Positions 32,401 through 50,093 are shown, counted from the stretch's first letter. The stretch is DNA of 64,000 bases from the human T2T-CHM13v2.0 reference genome, Homo sapiens (GCF_009914755.1 NC_060926.1); one strand, 5' to 3'. Notes: generated by a model not told the origin, from the sequence alone. Program-made: numbers and translations.

Positions 32401-35400
32401 CACTATCTATATGGAAATAACTCTCACCATCTGGGTAGAATTCTCCCTATCTAGATAGAATTCTCACTGTCTACATAGAGCTCTCGCTATCTGTCTGGAT
32501 AGAATTCTCACCATCTAGATAGAACTCTCACTGACTGGATAGAATTCTTACTCTCTGGATAAACATCTCACTATCTTTCTTGATAGAACTCTTACTACTT
32601 GGAAAGAATGCTCACTATCTGTATAGAATTCTAACCATCTGGGTAGAATTCTCACTATCTATCTGGATAGAAGTCTCACTATCTATTTGGATAGAATTCT
32701 CATTCTCTGGATAGATCTCTCACTATCTGTCTGGATCGTATTCCCATTCTGTGGATAGAACTCTCACTATCAATGCGGATAGAATTCTCACCATCTGGAT
32801 AGAACTCTCACTATCTATCTGGATAGAATTCTCACTCTCTGGATAAAACTCTATCTGTCTGGATAGAATTCTCAGCATCTGGATAAAACTCTCCCTGTCT
32901 GTCTGGTAGAATTCTCACCATCTGGATAGAACTCTCATTATCTGGATAGAATTCTTACTCTCTGGATAGAACTCTCACTATCTTTCTGGATAGAACTATC
33001 ACCCTCTGGATAGAACTCTCACAATCTGGATAGAATTCTCACTCCCCAGATAGTGGACACTATGTCTCACTATCCGGATAGTGGACATAATTCTCACTAT
33101 CCGGATAGAAATTTCACCATCTGCATAGAACTCTCACTACCGGGATAGAATTCTCACTCTCTGGGTAGAACTCTCACTATCTATCTGGATAGAATTCTCA
33201 CCATCTGCATTGAAATCTCACTATCTATCTGGATAGAATTATCACTCTCTGGATAGAACTCTCACTATCTACCTCGATATAATTCTCACTCTCTGGATAG
33301 AACTAGCACTATGTGAATAGAATTCTTACTCTCTGGATAGAACTCTCGCTATCTGTCTGGATAGAATTCTCACCATCTAGATAGAACTCTCACTAACTGG
33401 ATAGAATTCTTACTCTCTTGGTAAAAATCTCACTATCTTTCTGGATAGAACTCTTACTACCTGGAAAGAACTCTCAGTATCTGGCTAGATTTCTCACCAT
33501 CTGGGTAGAATTCTCACTATCTATCTTGATAGAATTCTCACTCTTTGGATAGAACTCTCACTATCTGTCTGGATAGAATTCTCAGCATCTGGATAGAACT
33601 CTCACTATCTGGGTAGTATTCTCACTCTCTTGGTAGAACTCTCACTATCTATCTGGATAGAATTCTCACAATCTGGATAGAAGTCTTACTGTGTATCTGG
33701 ATAGAATTTTCACTCTCTGGATAGAACTCTCACTATCTATATGGAGAGAATTATCACCAACTGTATAGAACTCTCACTATCTGAATAGAATTCTCACTCT
33801 CTGGATAGAATTCTCGCTATCTGTCTGGATAGAATTCTCACCATCTAGATAGAACTCTCACTAACTGGATAGAATTCTTACTCTGAATAAAACTCTCACT
33901 ATGTTTCTGGATAGAACTCTTACTACCTGGAAACAACTCTCACTATATGGATAGTATTCTCACTATCTGGATAGAATTCTCACCTTCTAACTGGATAGAA
34001 TAGAATTCTCACTCTCTGGATAGAACTCTCACTATCTATCTGGATAGAATTCTCACCATCTGGATAGAACTCTCACGATCTGGGTAGAATTCTAAGTCTC
34101 TTGGTAGAACTCTCACTATCTCTCTGTGTAGAATTCTGATAATCTGGTTAGCACTCTTACTAACTGTCTGGATAGAATTCTCACTCTCTGGATAGAACTC
34201 TCACTCTCTGTCTAGGTAGAATTTTCACCATCTGGAAACAACTCTTACAATCTGGATAGGATTCTCACTCTCTGGATAGAACTCTTACTATCAATCTGGA
34301 TAGAATTCTCACTGTCTGTATAGAACTCTCACTATCTGGATAGATTTCTCACCATCTGGATAGAATTCTCACTCTGTGGGTAGAACTCTTACTATCTATC
34401 TTGATAGGGTTCTCACCATATGGATAGAACTCTCACTATCTATCTGGATAGAATTCTCACTCTCTGGATATAACTCTCACTATCTGGATAGAATTTTCAC
34501 TCTCTGGATATAACTCTCACTACCTATCTGGATATAATTCTCACTCTCTGGATAGCACTCACTATCTGGATAGAATTCTCACCATCGGGATAGAATTCTC
34601 ACTATATACCTAGATAGAATTCTCACAATCTGGATAGAACTCTCACTATCTATCTGGATAGAATTCTCACTATCTGGATAGAACTCTCACTATCTGCATA
34701 GAATTCTCACTCTCTAGATAGAACTCTCGCTATTCATCTAGAGAGAATTCCCATCTGAATAGTACTCTCACTAACTGGATAGAATTCCTACTCTCTGGAT
34801 AAAACTCTCACTATCTTTCCGGATAGAACTCTTAGTATCTGGAAAGAACTGTCACTATCTGGATAGAATTCTCACCCTCTGGATAGAACTCTCACTATCT
34901 ATCTGGATAGAATTCTATGTCTCTGGATAGAATTCTCACTATCTGTCAGGATAAAATTCTCACCATCTGGATAGAACTCTCACTGTCTATCTTGATAGAA
35001 TTCTCACCATCTGGATAGAACTCTCACTATCTGTCTGGATAGAATACTCACCATTTGGATAGAACTCTCACTATCTGTCTGGATAGAACTCTTACTATCT
35101 ATCTGGATGGAATTCTCACTCTGTGGATAGGACTCTCACTACCTGTCTGGATAGAATTCTCACTCTCTGGATAGAACTCTCACTATCTGTCTAGGTAGAA
35201 TTCTCACTCTCTGGATAGAACTCTATTTGTCTAGGTAGAATTTTCACCGTCCGGAAACATCTCTCACAATCTGGATAGGATTCTCACTCTGTAGGTAGAA
35301 CTCTTACTGTCAATCTGGATATAATTCTCACTCTCTGGGTAGAACTCTCACTATCTGGATAGATTTGTCACCATCTGCATAGAATTCTCACTATCTGTCT

Positions 35401-37283
35401 GGATAGAATTCTCACTCTCTGGGTAGAACTCTCACTATCTATCTGGATAGAATTCCCACCATCTGGATAGAATTCTTACTGTGTGGATAAAATACTCACT
35501 CTCTGGATAGAACTCTCACTCTCTCTATATATAGAATTCCCACGATCTGGATAGAACTTTCACTATCTGGATAGAATTCTCACTCTGTGGGTAGAACTCT
35601 CACTATCTATTTTCATAGAATTCTCACCATATGGATAGAATTCTCACTATCTGTCTGGATAGAATTTTCACTCTCTGGATGGAACCCTCACTACCTATCT
35701 GGATATAATTCTCACTCTCTGGATAGCACTCACTATCTGGATAGAATTCTCACCATCTGAATAGAACTGTCAGTATCTGAATAGAATTCTCACTCTCTGG
35801 ATAGAACTCTATCTATCTAGATAGAATTCTCACCCTCTGGATAGATCTCTCACCATCTGTCTGGGTAGAATTCTCTCCATCTGTATAGAACTCTAACTAT
35901 CTGGATAGAATTCTCACCATCTGCATGGAACTCTCACTATCTGTCTAGGTAGAATTCTCACTATGTGGATAGAGCTCTCACTATCTGGATGGAATTCTCA
36001 ATCTCTGCATAGAACTCTCACTATCTATCTGGATAGAATTCCCACCCTCTAGGTAGAACTCTCACTATCTGGATAGAATTCTCACCGTCTGCATGGAACT
36101 GTCACTATCTGGATAGAATTCTCACTCTCTGTATAAAACTCTCACTATCTATCTAGATAGAATACTCACTATCTGGATAGAACTCTCACTGTCTATCTGG
36201 ACGGAATTCTCACTCTCTGGATACAACTCTCACTATCTGGATAGAATTGTAACTCTCTGCATATAACTCTCACTATCTATCTAGATAGAATTCTCACTCT
36301 GTGGATAGAACTCTGACTATGTATCTGGATAGAATTCTCACCCTCTGGATACAACTCTCACTATCTGGATAGAATTCTCACTCTCTGGATAGAACTCCCA
36401 CTATCTGTCTGGATAGAATTCTCACCCTCTGGATAGAACGCTCACTGTCTGGATAGAATTCTCAGCATCTGCATGGAACTCTCACTATCTGTCTATGTAG
36501 AATTCTCAACATCTGGATAGAGCTCTCACTATCTAGATAGAATTCTCACCATCTGCATGGAACTCTCACTATCTGTCTAGGTACAATTCTCATCATCTGC
36601 TTAGAGCTCTCACTATCTGGATAGAATTCTCAGTCTCTGCATAGAACTGTCACTATCTATCTGGATAGAATTCTCACCCTCTGGATAGAACTCTTACTAT
36701 CTGGATAGAATTCTCACATCTGCATGGAACTCTCACTATCTGTCTGGATAGAATTCTTACCATCTGGATAGAGCTCTCAGTATCTGGATAGAATTCTCAG
36801 TCTCTGCATAGCACTCTCACTATCTGTCTGGATAGAATTCTCACTCTATGGATAGAACTCTGACTATCTATCTGGATAGAATTCTCACCCTCTAGATAGA
36901 ACTCTCACTATCTGGATAGAATTCTCACCCTCTAGATAGAACTCTCACTATCTGGATAGAATTCTCCCTACTGATAGAACTCTCACTCTCTCTCTGGATA
37001 GAATTCTCACTGTCTGGATAGAACTCTCAATATCTATGTGGATAGAACTCTCACTGTCTATCTGGATAGAATTCTTAATCTCTGGATAGAAGTCTCACTA
37101 TCAGTCTGGATAGAATTCTCACCATCTGGATAGAACTTTCACTATCTGTCTAGATAGATCTCTCACTATCTATCTGGATAGAATTCTCACTCTCTGGATA
37201 GAATTCTCACTATCTGTCTCGATAGAATGCTCACTCTGTGGATAGAACTCTGACTATCTATCTGGATAGAATTCTCACCCTCT
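26426..37283. repeat. Large tandem array (left arm) of 20/24-bp units CTGGATAGAA(C/T)TCTCAC(T/C)(A/C)T(+CTAT/CTGT) in ABCG8 intron 6
   Basis: Continuous periodic sequence, EcoRI site in roughly alternate units, TAG in nearly every unit (ORF desert). Confidence 0.97.
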
Positions 37284-38691
<1,408 letters not shown>

Positions 38692-41600
38692 AGAATTCTC
38701 ACCCTCTGGAGAGAACTCTCACTATCTGGATAAAATTCTCACTCTAGATAGAACTCTCACTCTCTATCTGGATAGAATTCTCACCATCTGGATAGAACTC
38801 TCACTATCTAGATAGAATTCTCACCCTCTGGATAGAACTGTCACTATCTGGATAGAATTGTCACCATCTGCATGGAACTCTCACTATCTGTCCAGATAGA
38901 ATTCTCACCATCTGGATAGAGCTCTCACTGTCTGGATAGAATTCTCAATCTCTGCATAGAACTCTCACTGTCTGGATAGAATTCTCAGTCTCTGTATAGA
39001 ACTCTCACTATCTGTCTGGATAGAATTCTCACTCTGTGGATAGAACTCTCCGTATCAATCTGGATAGAATTCTCACCCTCTGGATAGAACTGTCACTATC
39101 TGGAAGGAATTCTCACCATCTGGATAGAACTGTCACTATCTGGATAGAATTCTCACTCTCTAGATAGAATTCTCACTATCTTTCTCAATAGAATTCTCAC
39201 CCTCTGGATAGAACTCTCACTATCTCTCTGGATAGAATTCTGACTCGCTGGATAAAACTCTCACTATCCGTTTGGATAGAATTCTCACCATCTGGATAGA
39301 ACTCTCACTATCTGGATAGAATGCTCACTCTCTGGATAGAACTCTCACTATCAATCTGGATAGAATTCTCACTCTCTGGATAGAGCTCTCACTATCTATC
39401 TCGATATAATTTTCATTCTCTGGATAGATCTCTCACTGTCTGCCTGGATCGAATTCTCATTCTATGGATAGAACTCTCAGTATCAATGTGGATAGAATTC
39501 TCACCCTCTGGATGGAACTGTCACTATCTATCTCAATAGAATTCTCACCCTCTGGATAGACCTCTCACTAGCTATCTGGATAGAATTCTCACTCTCTGGA
39601 TAAAACTCTCACTGTCTGTCTGGATAGAATTCTCACCATCTGGATAAAACTCTCACTATCTGTCTGGTAGAATTCTCACTATCTGGATAGAACTCTCAGT
39701 ATCTGTATAGAATTCTTACTCTCTGGATAGAACTCTCACTATCTTTCTCGATAGAACTGTCACCCTCTGGATAGAATTCGCACTATCTATCTGGATAGAA
39801 TTCTGTCTCTGGATAGAAGTCTCATTATCTGTCTGGATAGAATTCTCACCATCTGCATAGAATATTCACTATCTGTCTGGATAGAATTCTGACCAGCTGG
39901 AGAGAACTCTCACTATCTGGATAGAATAATCATCGTCTGGATAGAACTCTGACTCTCTGTCTGGATAGCACTCTCACTACCTTTCTGGATAGAATTCTCA
40001 CTCTCTGGATACTACTCTCGCTATCTGGATAGAATTCTCAGCATCTGGATATAATTCCCACTATCGATCAGGATAGAATTCTCACTCTGTGGATAGAACT
40101 CTGACAATGTATCTGGATAGAATTGTCACCCTCTGGATAGAACTCTCACTATCTGGGTAGAATTCTCACTCTAGATAGAACTCTCACAATCTTTCAGATA
40201 GAATTCTCCTCCTCTGGATAGAGCTCTCACAGTCTGGATAGAATTCTCACTCTGTGGATAGAACTGTCACTATCTGGATAGAATACTCACCATCTCGATA
40301 GAACTCTCACTGTCTATCTGGATAGACTTCTCGGTCTCTGGATAGAAGTCTCAATGCCTGTCTAGATAGAATTTTCACCATCCGGATACAACTCTCACTA
40401 TCTGGATAGAATTCTCATTCTCTGGATTGATCTCTCACTATCTATCTGGATATAATTCTCACTCTCTGGATAGATCTCTCACTATCTGTCTGGATAGAAT
40501 TCTCACTGTGGGTAGAATTCTCACTATCATTCTGGACATAATTCTTACCCTCTGGGTTGAACTCTCACTATCTGGATAGAATTCTCACCATGTGGGTGGA
40601 ACTCTCACTATCTATCTGGATAGTATTCTCGCTCTCTGGAAAGAACTCTCACTATCTTTCTGGATAGAATTCTTACCCTCTGGATAGAACTCTCACTATC
40701 TGGATAGAATTCTCAACATCTGGATAGAACTCTTACTGTCTATCTGAATAGATTTCTCACTCTCTGGATAGAACTCTCACTATCTATCTGGATAGAATTC
40801 TCACTCTTTGGATGAAACTCTCAGTATCTGTCTGGATAGAATTCTCACCATCTGGATAAAACTCTCACTATCTGTCTGGATAGAATTCTCACCATCTGGA
40901 TAGAACTCTCAGTATCTGGATAGAATTCTTACTCTCTGGATAGAACTCTCACTATCTTTTTGGTTAGAACTGTCACCCTGTGGATAGAAATTTCTCTATC
41001 TATCTGGATAGAATTCTCCCTCTCTGGATAGAAGTCTCATTATCTGTCTGGATAGAATTCTCACCATCTGGATAGAAGTGTCACTATCTGTCTGGATAGA
41101 ATTCTTACCATCTGGAGAGAACTCTCACTATCTGGATAGAATTCTCACCATCTGGCTAGAACCCTCACTATCTGTCTGGATGGAACTCTCACTATCTATG
41201 TAGACAGAATTCTCACTCTCTGGATAGAACTCTCGCTATCTGGATTGAATTTTCACCATCTGGATGGAATTCTCACTGTCGATCACGTTGGAATTCTCAC
41301 TCTGTGGATAGAACTGTGACAATCTATCTGGATAGAATTCTCACCCTCTGGATAGAACTCTCAGTATCTGGATAGAATTCTTACTCTTGATAGAACTCTA
41401 TTTGTCTGCATAGACTTCTCACCATCTGGATAGAACTCTCAGTCTCTGGATAGAATTCTCACTGTCTGGATGGAACTCTCACTACCTGTCTCGATAGAAT
41501 TCTCACCCTCTGGATAGAACTCTCACAATCTGGATAGAATTCTCACTGTCTGGATATAATCCTCACTCTCTGGATAGAACTAGCACTATCTGGGTAGAAT

Positions 41601-42848
41601 TCTCACAATCTGGATAGAATTCTCACTATCTGGATAGAATTCTAACTCTGGATAGAACTCTCACTATCTATATGGAAAGAATTCACTCTCTGGATAGAAT
41701 TCTCACTGTGTATGTTGATGGAATTCTCAGGCTGTGGATATAACTCTCACTATCTATCTGGATAGAATTTTTACTATCTGGATAGAATTCTCACTATCTG
41801 GGTAGTATTCTCACTCTCTGGATAGAACTCTCACTCTCTATCTGGATAGAATTCTCACCCTTTGGATAGAACTCTCACTATCTGTCTGGGTAGAATTCGC
41901 TCCGTCGTAATAGAACTCTCACTATCTGGATGGAATTCTCACTCTCTGGATAGAACTCTCACTATCTGTGTGGATAGAATTCTCACCATCTGCATAGAAC
42001 TCTCACTATATGGGTAGAATTCTGACTCTCTGGATCGAACTCTCACTATCTGTCTGGAAAGAATCCTCACTCTTTGGATAGAACTCTCATTTTCTGTCTG
42101 GATAGAATTTTCACCATCTGGATAGAATCTCACTATCTAGATAGAATTCTCATTCTCTGGATAGAACTCTCACTGTCTATCTGGATAGAACTCTCACTCT
42201 CTGTCTCATTAGATCTCTCACTGTCTGTCTGGATAGAACTCTAACTCTCTGGATAGAACTCTTAATAACTCGATAGAACTTTCACCATCTGGATAGAACT
42301 CTCACCATCTGAATAAAACTCTCACTGTGTGGGAATAGAACTCTCACTCTCTGGATAGAACTCTCACTATCTATCTGGATAGAATTCTTACTCTAGATAG
42401 AACTCTCACTATCTGTCTGGATAGAATTCTCACCATCTGGATCAAACTCTCACTATCTGGATAGAATTCTCACCCTCTGGATAGAACTGTCACTATCTAT
42501 CTGGATAGAACTCTCCCCATCTGGATTGAACTCTCACTATCTGGATAGAATTCTCACCCTCTGGATAGAACTCTCACTTTCTGGATAGAATTCTCACCCT
42601 CTGGATAGAACTCTCACTATCTGGATAGAATTCTCACTCTCTGGATAGAACTCTCACTCTCTGGATAGAACTCTCACTATCTGGATAGAATGCTCACTCT
42701 CTGGATAGAACTCTCACTATCTGGATAGAATTCTCACCCTCTGGATAGAACTGTCACTGTCTATCTGGATAGAACTCTCCCCATCTGGATTGAACTCTCG
42801 CTATCTGGATAGAATTCTCACTCTCTGGATGGAACGCTCACTATCTGG
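38692..42848. repeat. Large tandem array (right arm), same 20/24-bp unit
   Basis: Same unit resumes immediately after the L1 poly(A) and ends about 460 bp before exon 7. Confidence 0.97.
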
Positions 42849-43178
42849 GAGCCTAACTACTCAGCCTCCCCCGACCAGCCCAACTTCTCCCCATGGAGGG
42901 GCACTGAGTCCTCATTAAAGCTTCCTGGACAGCTGGAGTTGGAGCCAGAGCATGACTGTCATGTGGCCCTTGGCTCTGAAGGCTCTTGCTCTGTCCTAAG
43001 ATGTCCTCAAAATGAGCCTGGGTAGTGGGACTTGGGCGGGGCCTCTACTCTTTCCCATTTTTTGATCCACTGCTCTTACCCTGAGGCTTCTGCAGATGTG
43101 GTCAGGCCTGGCAGGGTGAAGGACCAGCCCTTGGGGTCCCTCTGCCTCTCTCTGCTCTGCCCCTTGCTTCATGGCTGA

Positions 43179-43472
<294 letters not shown>

Positions 43473-43493
43473 TAAGGTGGCAGGCGACTCTGA

Positions 43494-43640
<147 letters not shown>

Positions 43641-43770
43641 TAATTATCTGTCATTTTATTACTGAACCCGCCCCCCTGCCCAAGTCTTTGTATATCACAT
43701 TAAGCCCTTTCTATTAAAGTGAATTTAAAGGAGAAAGTGAGAGGTAGAGTCATTTGAAAAAAACAGCATC

Positions 43771-44823
<1,053 letters not shown>

Positions 44824-45054
44824 CTGTCCGTACATCTTTATGGAAGTAATTGATTTTTTCCTCAGGATCATTTCTTTGAGTAACATTGCCAAGCTGATAC
44901 ATTCATGATAAAAGTAACAATCATTTATTGAGTACCTACTGTGGGACAGATGCTGTCATCAGTTTTCTGATTTAATCCTCAGAGCCACTCTATGAGGCAG
45001 GTATTACCATCCCCATTTTGCATAGGAGAAAAATGAGGCTTATGGAGACTGTGA

Positions 45055-45456
<402 letters not shown>

Positions 45457-45739
45457 TAATATTAGCATACAAATGAAAGTAAATTACCGAGTCTTAGCTG
45501 TTCCTATCCTAGCAGGATTTATATTTGACAGCAGAACACGAGCTACAGACTTGCAAAACCTGAAGAGCCTCATCAAACATCTAAATTGGGATGGCTTTAC
45601 TGTGCCTATTTAAAAAAAAAAATGAGAGACTTGGGCAATATGATAACTACTTTGAATTGTATTAAGAGAGTCTCCAAAACAGAAGCACTGTAGATTTATT
45701 CTACTTCTTCATTCTCTTTTCCTTTCCCTTATTTTTTAG

Positions 45740-45816
45740 GTTACTCAGAGAGGGCAATGCTTTACTATGAACTGGAAGACGGGCTGTACACCACTGGTCC
45801 ATATTTCTTTGCCAAG
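45740..45816 (+). CDS. ABCG8: ABCG8 exon 10, 77 nt
   Basis: [25 protein letters not shown]; long pyrimidine tract + tag|G, AAG|gtga. Confidence 0.97.
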
Positions 45817-46415
45817 GTGACTGGGCAGGGTTGAGAGCAAGTGCCCCCCACCCACCAGGGTGGGGGTAAGTGTGGAGAAAACGTTGCTACAAGGAAGGCT
45901 TTTCTGAACCATGGGGCCGTGGGTCATGTGAAGTCACCGATGCCACCAGATGCCACATTTTCTAGGGGAGTTTCAGAGACTTGAACTTTTATTTTAAACA
46001 TTTACCAAAACACCAGGACTGTGGACCAGGAATGATAGTTTTCTGGCCAGAAGGAATCTAAAAAAAAGAAGTCCTCATTGTATTTTACCTTTTCAGAGCC
46101 TCACTGTGGCCCCCCAGCAGGCCAGGCAGGTGTTTCCAGGAAGCAGAGGTTCAGAGAGGCTACGTGGCTCTCCAAGGCCACACAGCTACTTGATCTGGTC
46201 AGGGGGAGTAGGGACTTGAAACCAGGTCTTAGGACAGCAGGTGCCCATTGCTGCCCTGGGGGAAACAGGCTGAACTGCCCTAGAGGGAGCATTTGGTATC
46301 TGCAAGGGGGAGGCCAGCACTGAGCTCATGCTCCTGGGTCCCAGCACACCCTCCTGCCACAGCCTCATCATCACCAGGAGGGAAGGTTGCTATCTGGGGG
46401 CACTGCTACTTTTAA

Positions 46416-46781
<366 letters not shown>

Positions 46782-47717
46782 TAGGACTCATGTGACTGGA
46801 TGAAGCCTGCTTTCATCTGGAGATGGACACTTATCACTTAGATCCAACTCGAGGCTGGCCCTTCTGGAAGCAGAGGCCTTTGCCCACTGCCCTGGAGGCC
46901 AAAGGAATGATTCCATTAGAGATTCCAGATGCACCTCCTCCTATCCCACAGCTGATATCCAGAAGTCGCCCTTGACTGTCTCCCTCCCTCTCCACATCCA
47001 CCTGTGAGCCAGGTCGATTCTGCCTCCTGTTTCTCTGAAATGTCTGCTTGGCTGTGTCTCCATCCCTGGCCACCATTGTTTGAGCCTGGGCCACTGCCAT
47101 AGCCTGGTCTCTGTAACCTGGGCCCCTCCACATCCCTCTCGACTCAGCCACGCAGAGTGAGCTTTCCAAGGTGCAAACCCATGCCCCCCTTTGTTCAAAT
47201 CTTCCCAGGGTTGCTCAATCCCTGCGGCCTCCCCAGCTTTCTGAAGCCCCCAGCACACCCCACCCTCTCACCTCTGAGCCTGCCCAGCTATTGTCTCTGG
47301 GAATGTCATGCCCGCCTTCCATGGGGCATCTCTTCTGCCAGGGCTTTCCTGATGCACCCAGGCAGGGCTCATTGCCTCCTTCCCCTCCCCATACCATGCC
47401 ACCTCCATAGGATCAGGGCACAGGCTCCATTGTCTCTGGTGTGGGGCCGCTGAGTCTCCTCAGCCCACACAGTCCATGAAGCTGAGCACGTGCAGGGATG
47501 CCTCATCACATCCCTCTCGAGAATTGCTATGGATCAAATGTGTGGGTGACCCCGTGGCCTCTCAGCTCCCTCGGCCCCAGTCCATGTCCCCAGCAACCCC
47601 TCTGCCCTTTTGCCTCTTGGTCTCTGGTCTCTCTCCCCTCCTTGCTCATCAGAGAACTTGGGCCAGAGCCACCATGGCCCTGTCTCAGAGAGTGGGATGT
47701 GCCCTTGTGCAGGTAAG

Positions 47718-48866
47718 AGAGACTGTGTGACTGTGGGGAGACCATGGGAATATGGGGAGACTGAATACGGGGGAGACTGTGTCGATATAAAGGAGATCAT
47801 GGGAATACGGGGAGACCATGAGAATAGGAGGAGACCGTGGGAATATGGGGAGACGGTGAGAATATGGGAAGACTGCAAGAATATAGGGAGACCATGGGAA
47901 TATGGGGAGACTATGGGAATATGGGGAGATCACATGAATATGCAGGAGACTGTGAGAATATGGGGAGACCGTGAGAATATGGGGAGACTGTGGGAATATG
48001 AGGAAAGTGTGAATATGGGGGAGACCATGTCAATATAAAGGAGCCGTGGGAATATGGGGAGACTGTGGGAATATGGGAGAGAGAGTGTCAATATAAAGGA
48101 GACTGTGGGAATAGGGGGAGACCGTGGGAATATGAAGAGACTGTGTGAATATGGGGGAGACCATGTCAATATAAAGGAGATCGTCGGAATATGGGGAGAT
48201 TGTGCGAATATGGGGAGACCATGGGAATATGGGGAGACTGTGGGAATATGGGGAGATCATGTGAATATGCAGGAGACCGTGTCAATATAAAGGAGACAGT
48301 GGGGATATGGGGAGACCATGAGAATATAGGGAGACCATGGGAATATGAAGAAACTGTGTGAATATGGGGGAGACTGGGAGTATGGGGAGACTCTGGTAAT
48401 ATGGGGAGACTGGGAATATGAGGAAACTGTGAATATGGGGGAGACTGTGGGAATATGGGGAGACCGTGGGAATATGAGGAGACTGTGTGAATATGGGGAA
48501 GACCATGTCAATATAAAGAAGACCATGGGAATATGGGGAGACCATGGGAATATGAGGAAACTGGATATGGGGGAGGCCGTGTCAATATAAAGGAGACCGT
48601 GGGAATATGGGGAGACTGTGGGAATATGAGCAGACTGTGTGAATATGGGGGAGACCACATCAATATAAAGGAGATCGTGGGAATATGGGGAGATCGTGCG
48701 AATATGGGGAGCCCATGGGAATATGGGGAGACTGAATATATGGGAGACTGTGGGAATATGGGGAGATCATGCAAATATGGGCAGACCATGGGAATATGGG
48801 GAGACTCTGTGAATATGGGGGAGACCATGCGAATATGGGGAAACCATGAGAATATGAGGGACACCT
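47718..48866. repeat. G-rich ~20-bp minisatellite (GGAGAC(T/C)(G/A)TGGGAATATGG, variant GGAGACCATGTCAATATAAA) in ABCG8 intron 11
   Basis: About 1.15 kb of imperfect 20-21-bp units ending ~27 nt before the exon 12 acceptor. Confidence 0.95.
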
Positions 48867-48874
48867 GTGAGTAA

Positions 48875-49045
<171 letters not shown>

Positions 49046-49048
49046 TAA

Positions 49049-49246
<198 letters not shown>

Positions 49247-49416
49247 TTCACGCCAGACGTCTGCCCGCTGGTGGGGGACCTGAGCAGACCCTTCAACTGC
49301 ACTCCCTCCTCAGGAGCCCCTTCCTGGGGACAGTGAGGACAATGACCCTACAGATGCTCAGCTACATCCGGCCCAGGGTGCTGCAGTGGCACAGACCAGC
49401 CACAGGATGGCAGTAG

Positions 49417-49422
49417 AATAAA
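49417..49422 (+). terminator. Proximal poly(A) signal candidate for ABCG8
   Basis: First AATAAA about 170 nt after the stop codon. Confidence 0.55.
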
Positions 49423-50093
49423 GACAGTCGAAAGGGATTTCTGCTCACTGGCAGGAGACTGCGATGACTGGGAGAAAACCTGCACTCGGTGGCACCTACA
49501 ACGTTGCTAATTTATTTCCTTTTGATATGCATTTATATAGGCAACTCGATATAGGATGGGAGCAAACTAGGAATGAATTGGGTAGCTAGACTGTGCAGGA
49601 ATTGTTGGAACCTGGAGGGAACAATAACAGTAGCTAGCAGATTTGGCTTCATCTTCCAGGGGCCCCACACTCCGTGGTGAGCCACCATCAATACAGAAAG
49701 TGACCTAAGATGTACCAGCAAGATGCCATCCCTTCTTTTTGTGTGGGGTCATGGGCTCCAAAAGCCAACGTGAACAATTAAAAATGTATTGAGCATCTAC
49801 TCTGTAGCAGGTCCTGTGAAAACACTTTAGGTGGACAATCCCTTGAGGTAAGTGGTATCCCATTTTATAGGTGTGAAAACTGAAGCAAAAATTCATTTTC
49901 CTAAGGGCACATGGATACTTTGTGGTGGAGTCATATGGGGATCAGAAAAGCCTTTGAGGCCTTTGGAGTTAGAGGGCAGAAGGCAAGGCCTGAGCCGCTG
50001 TAAGCCTTAGGAGTTTAGGAAGGCTCCAGAAGACAAATGGGGTCTGTAGAGGCTGTTAACTCAGCCAGGCTTCTTAGAGTTGCATTTCACTAA

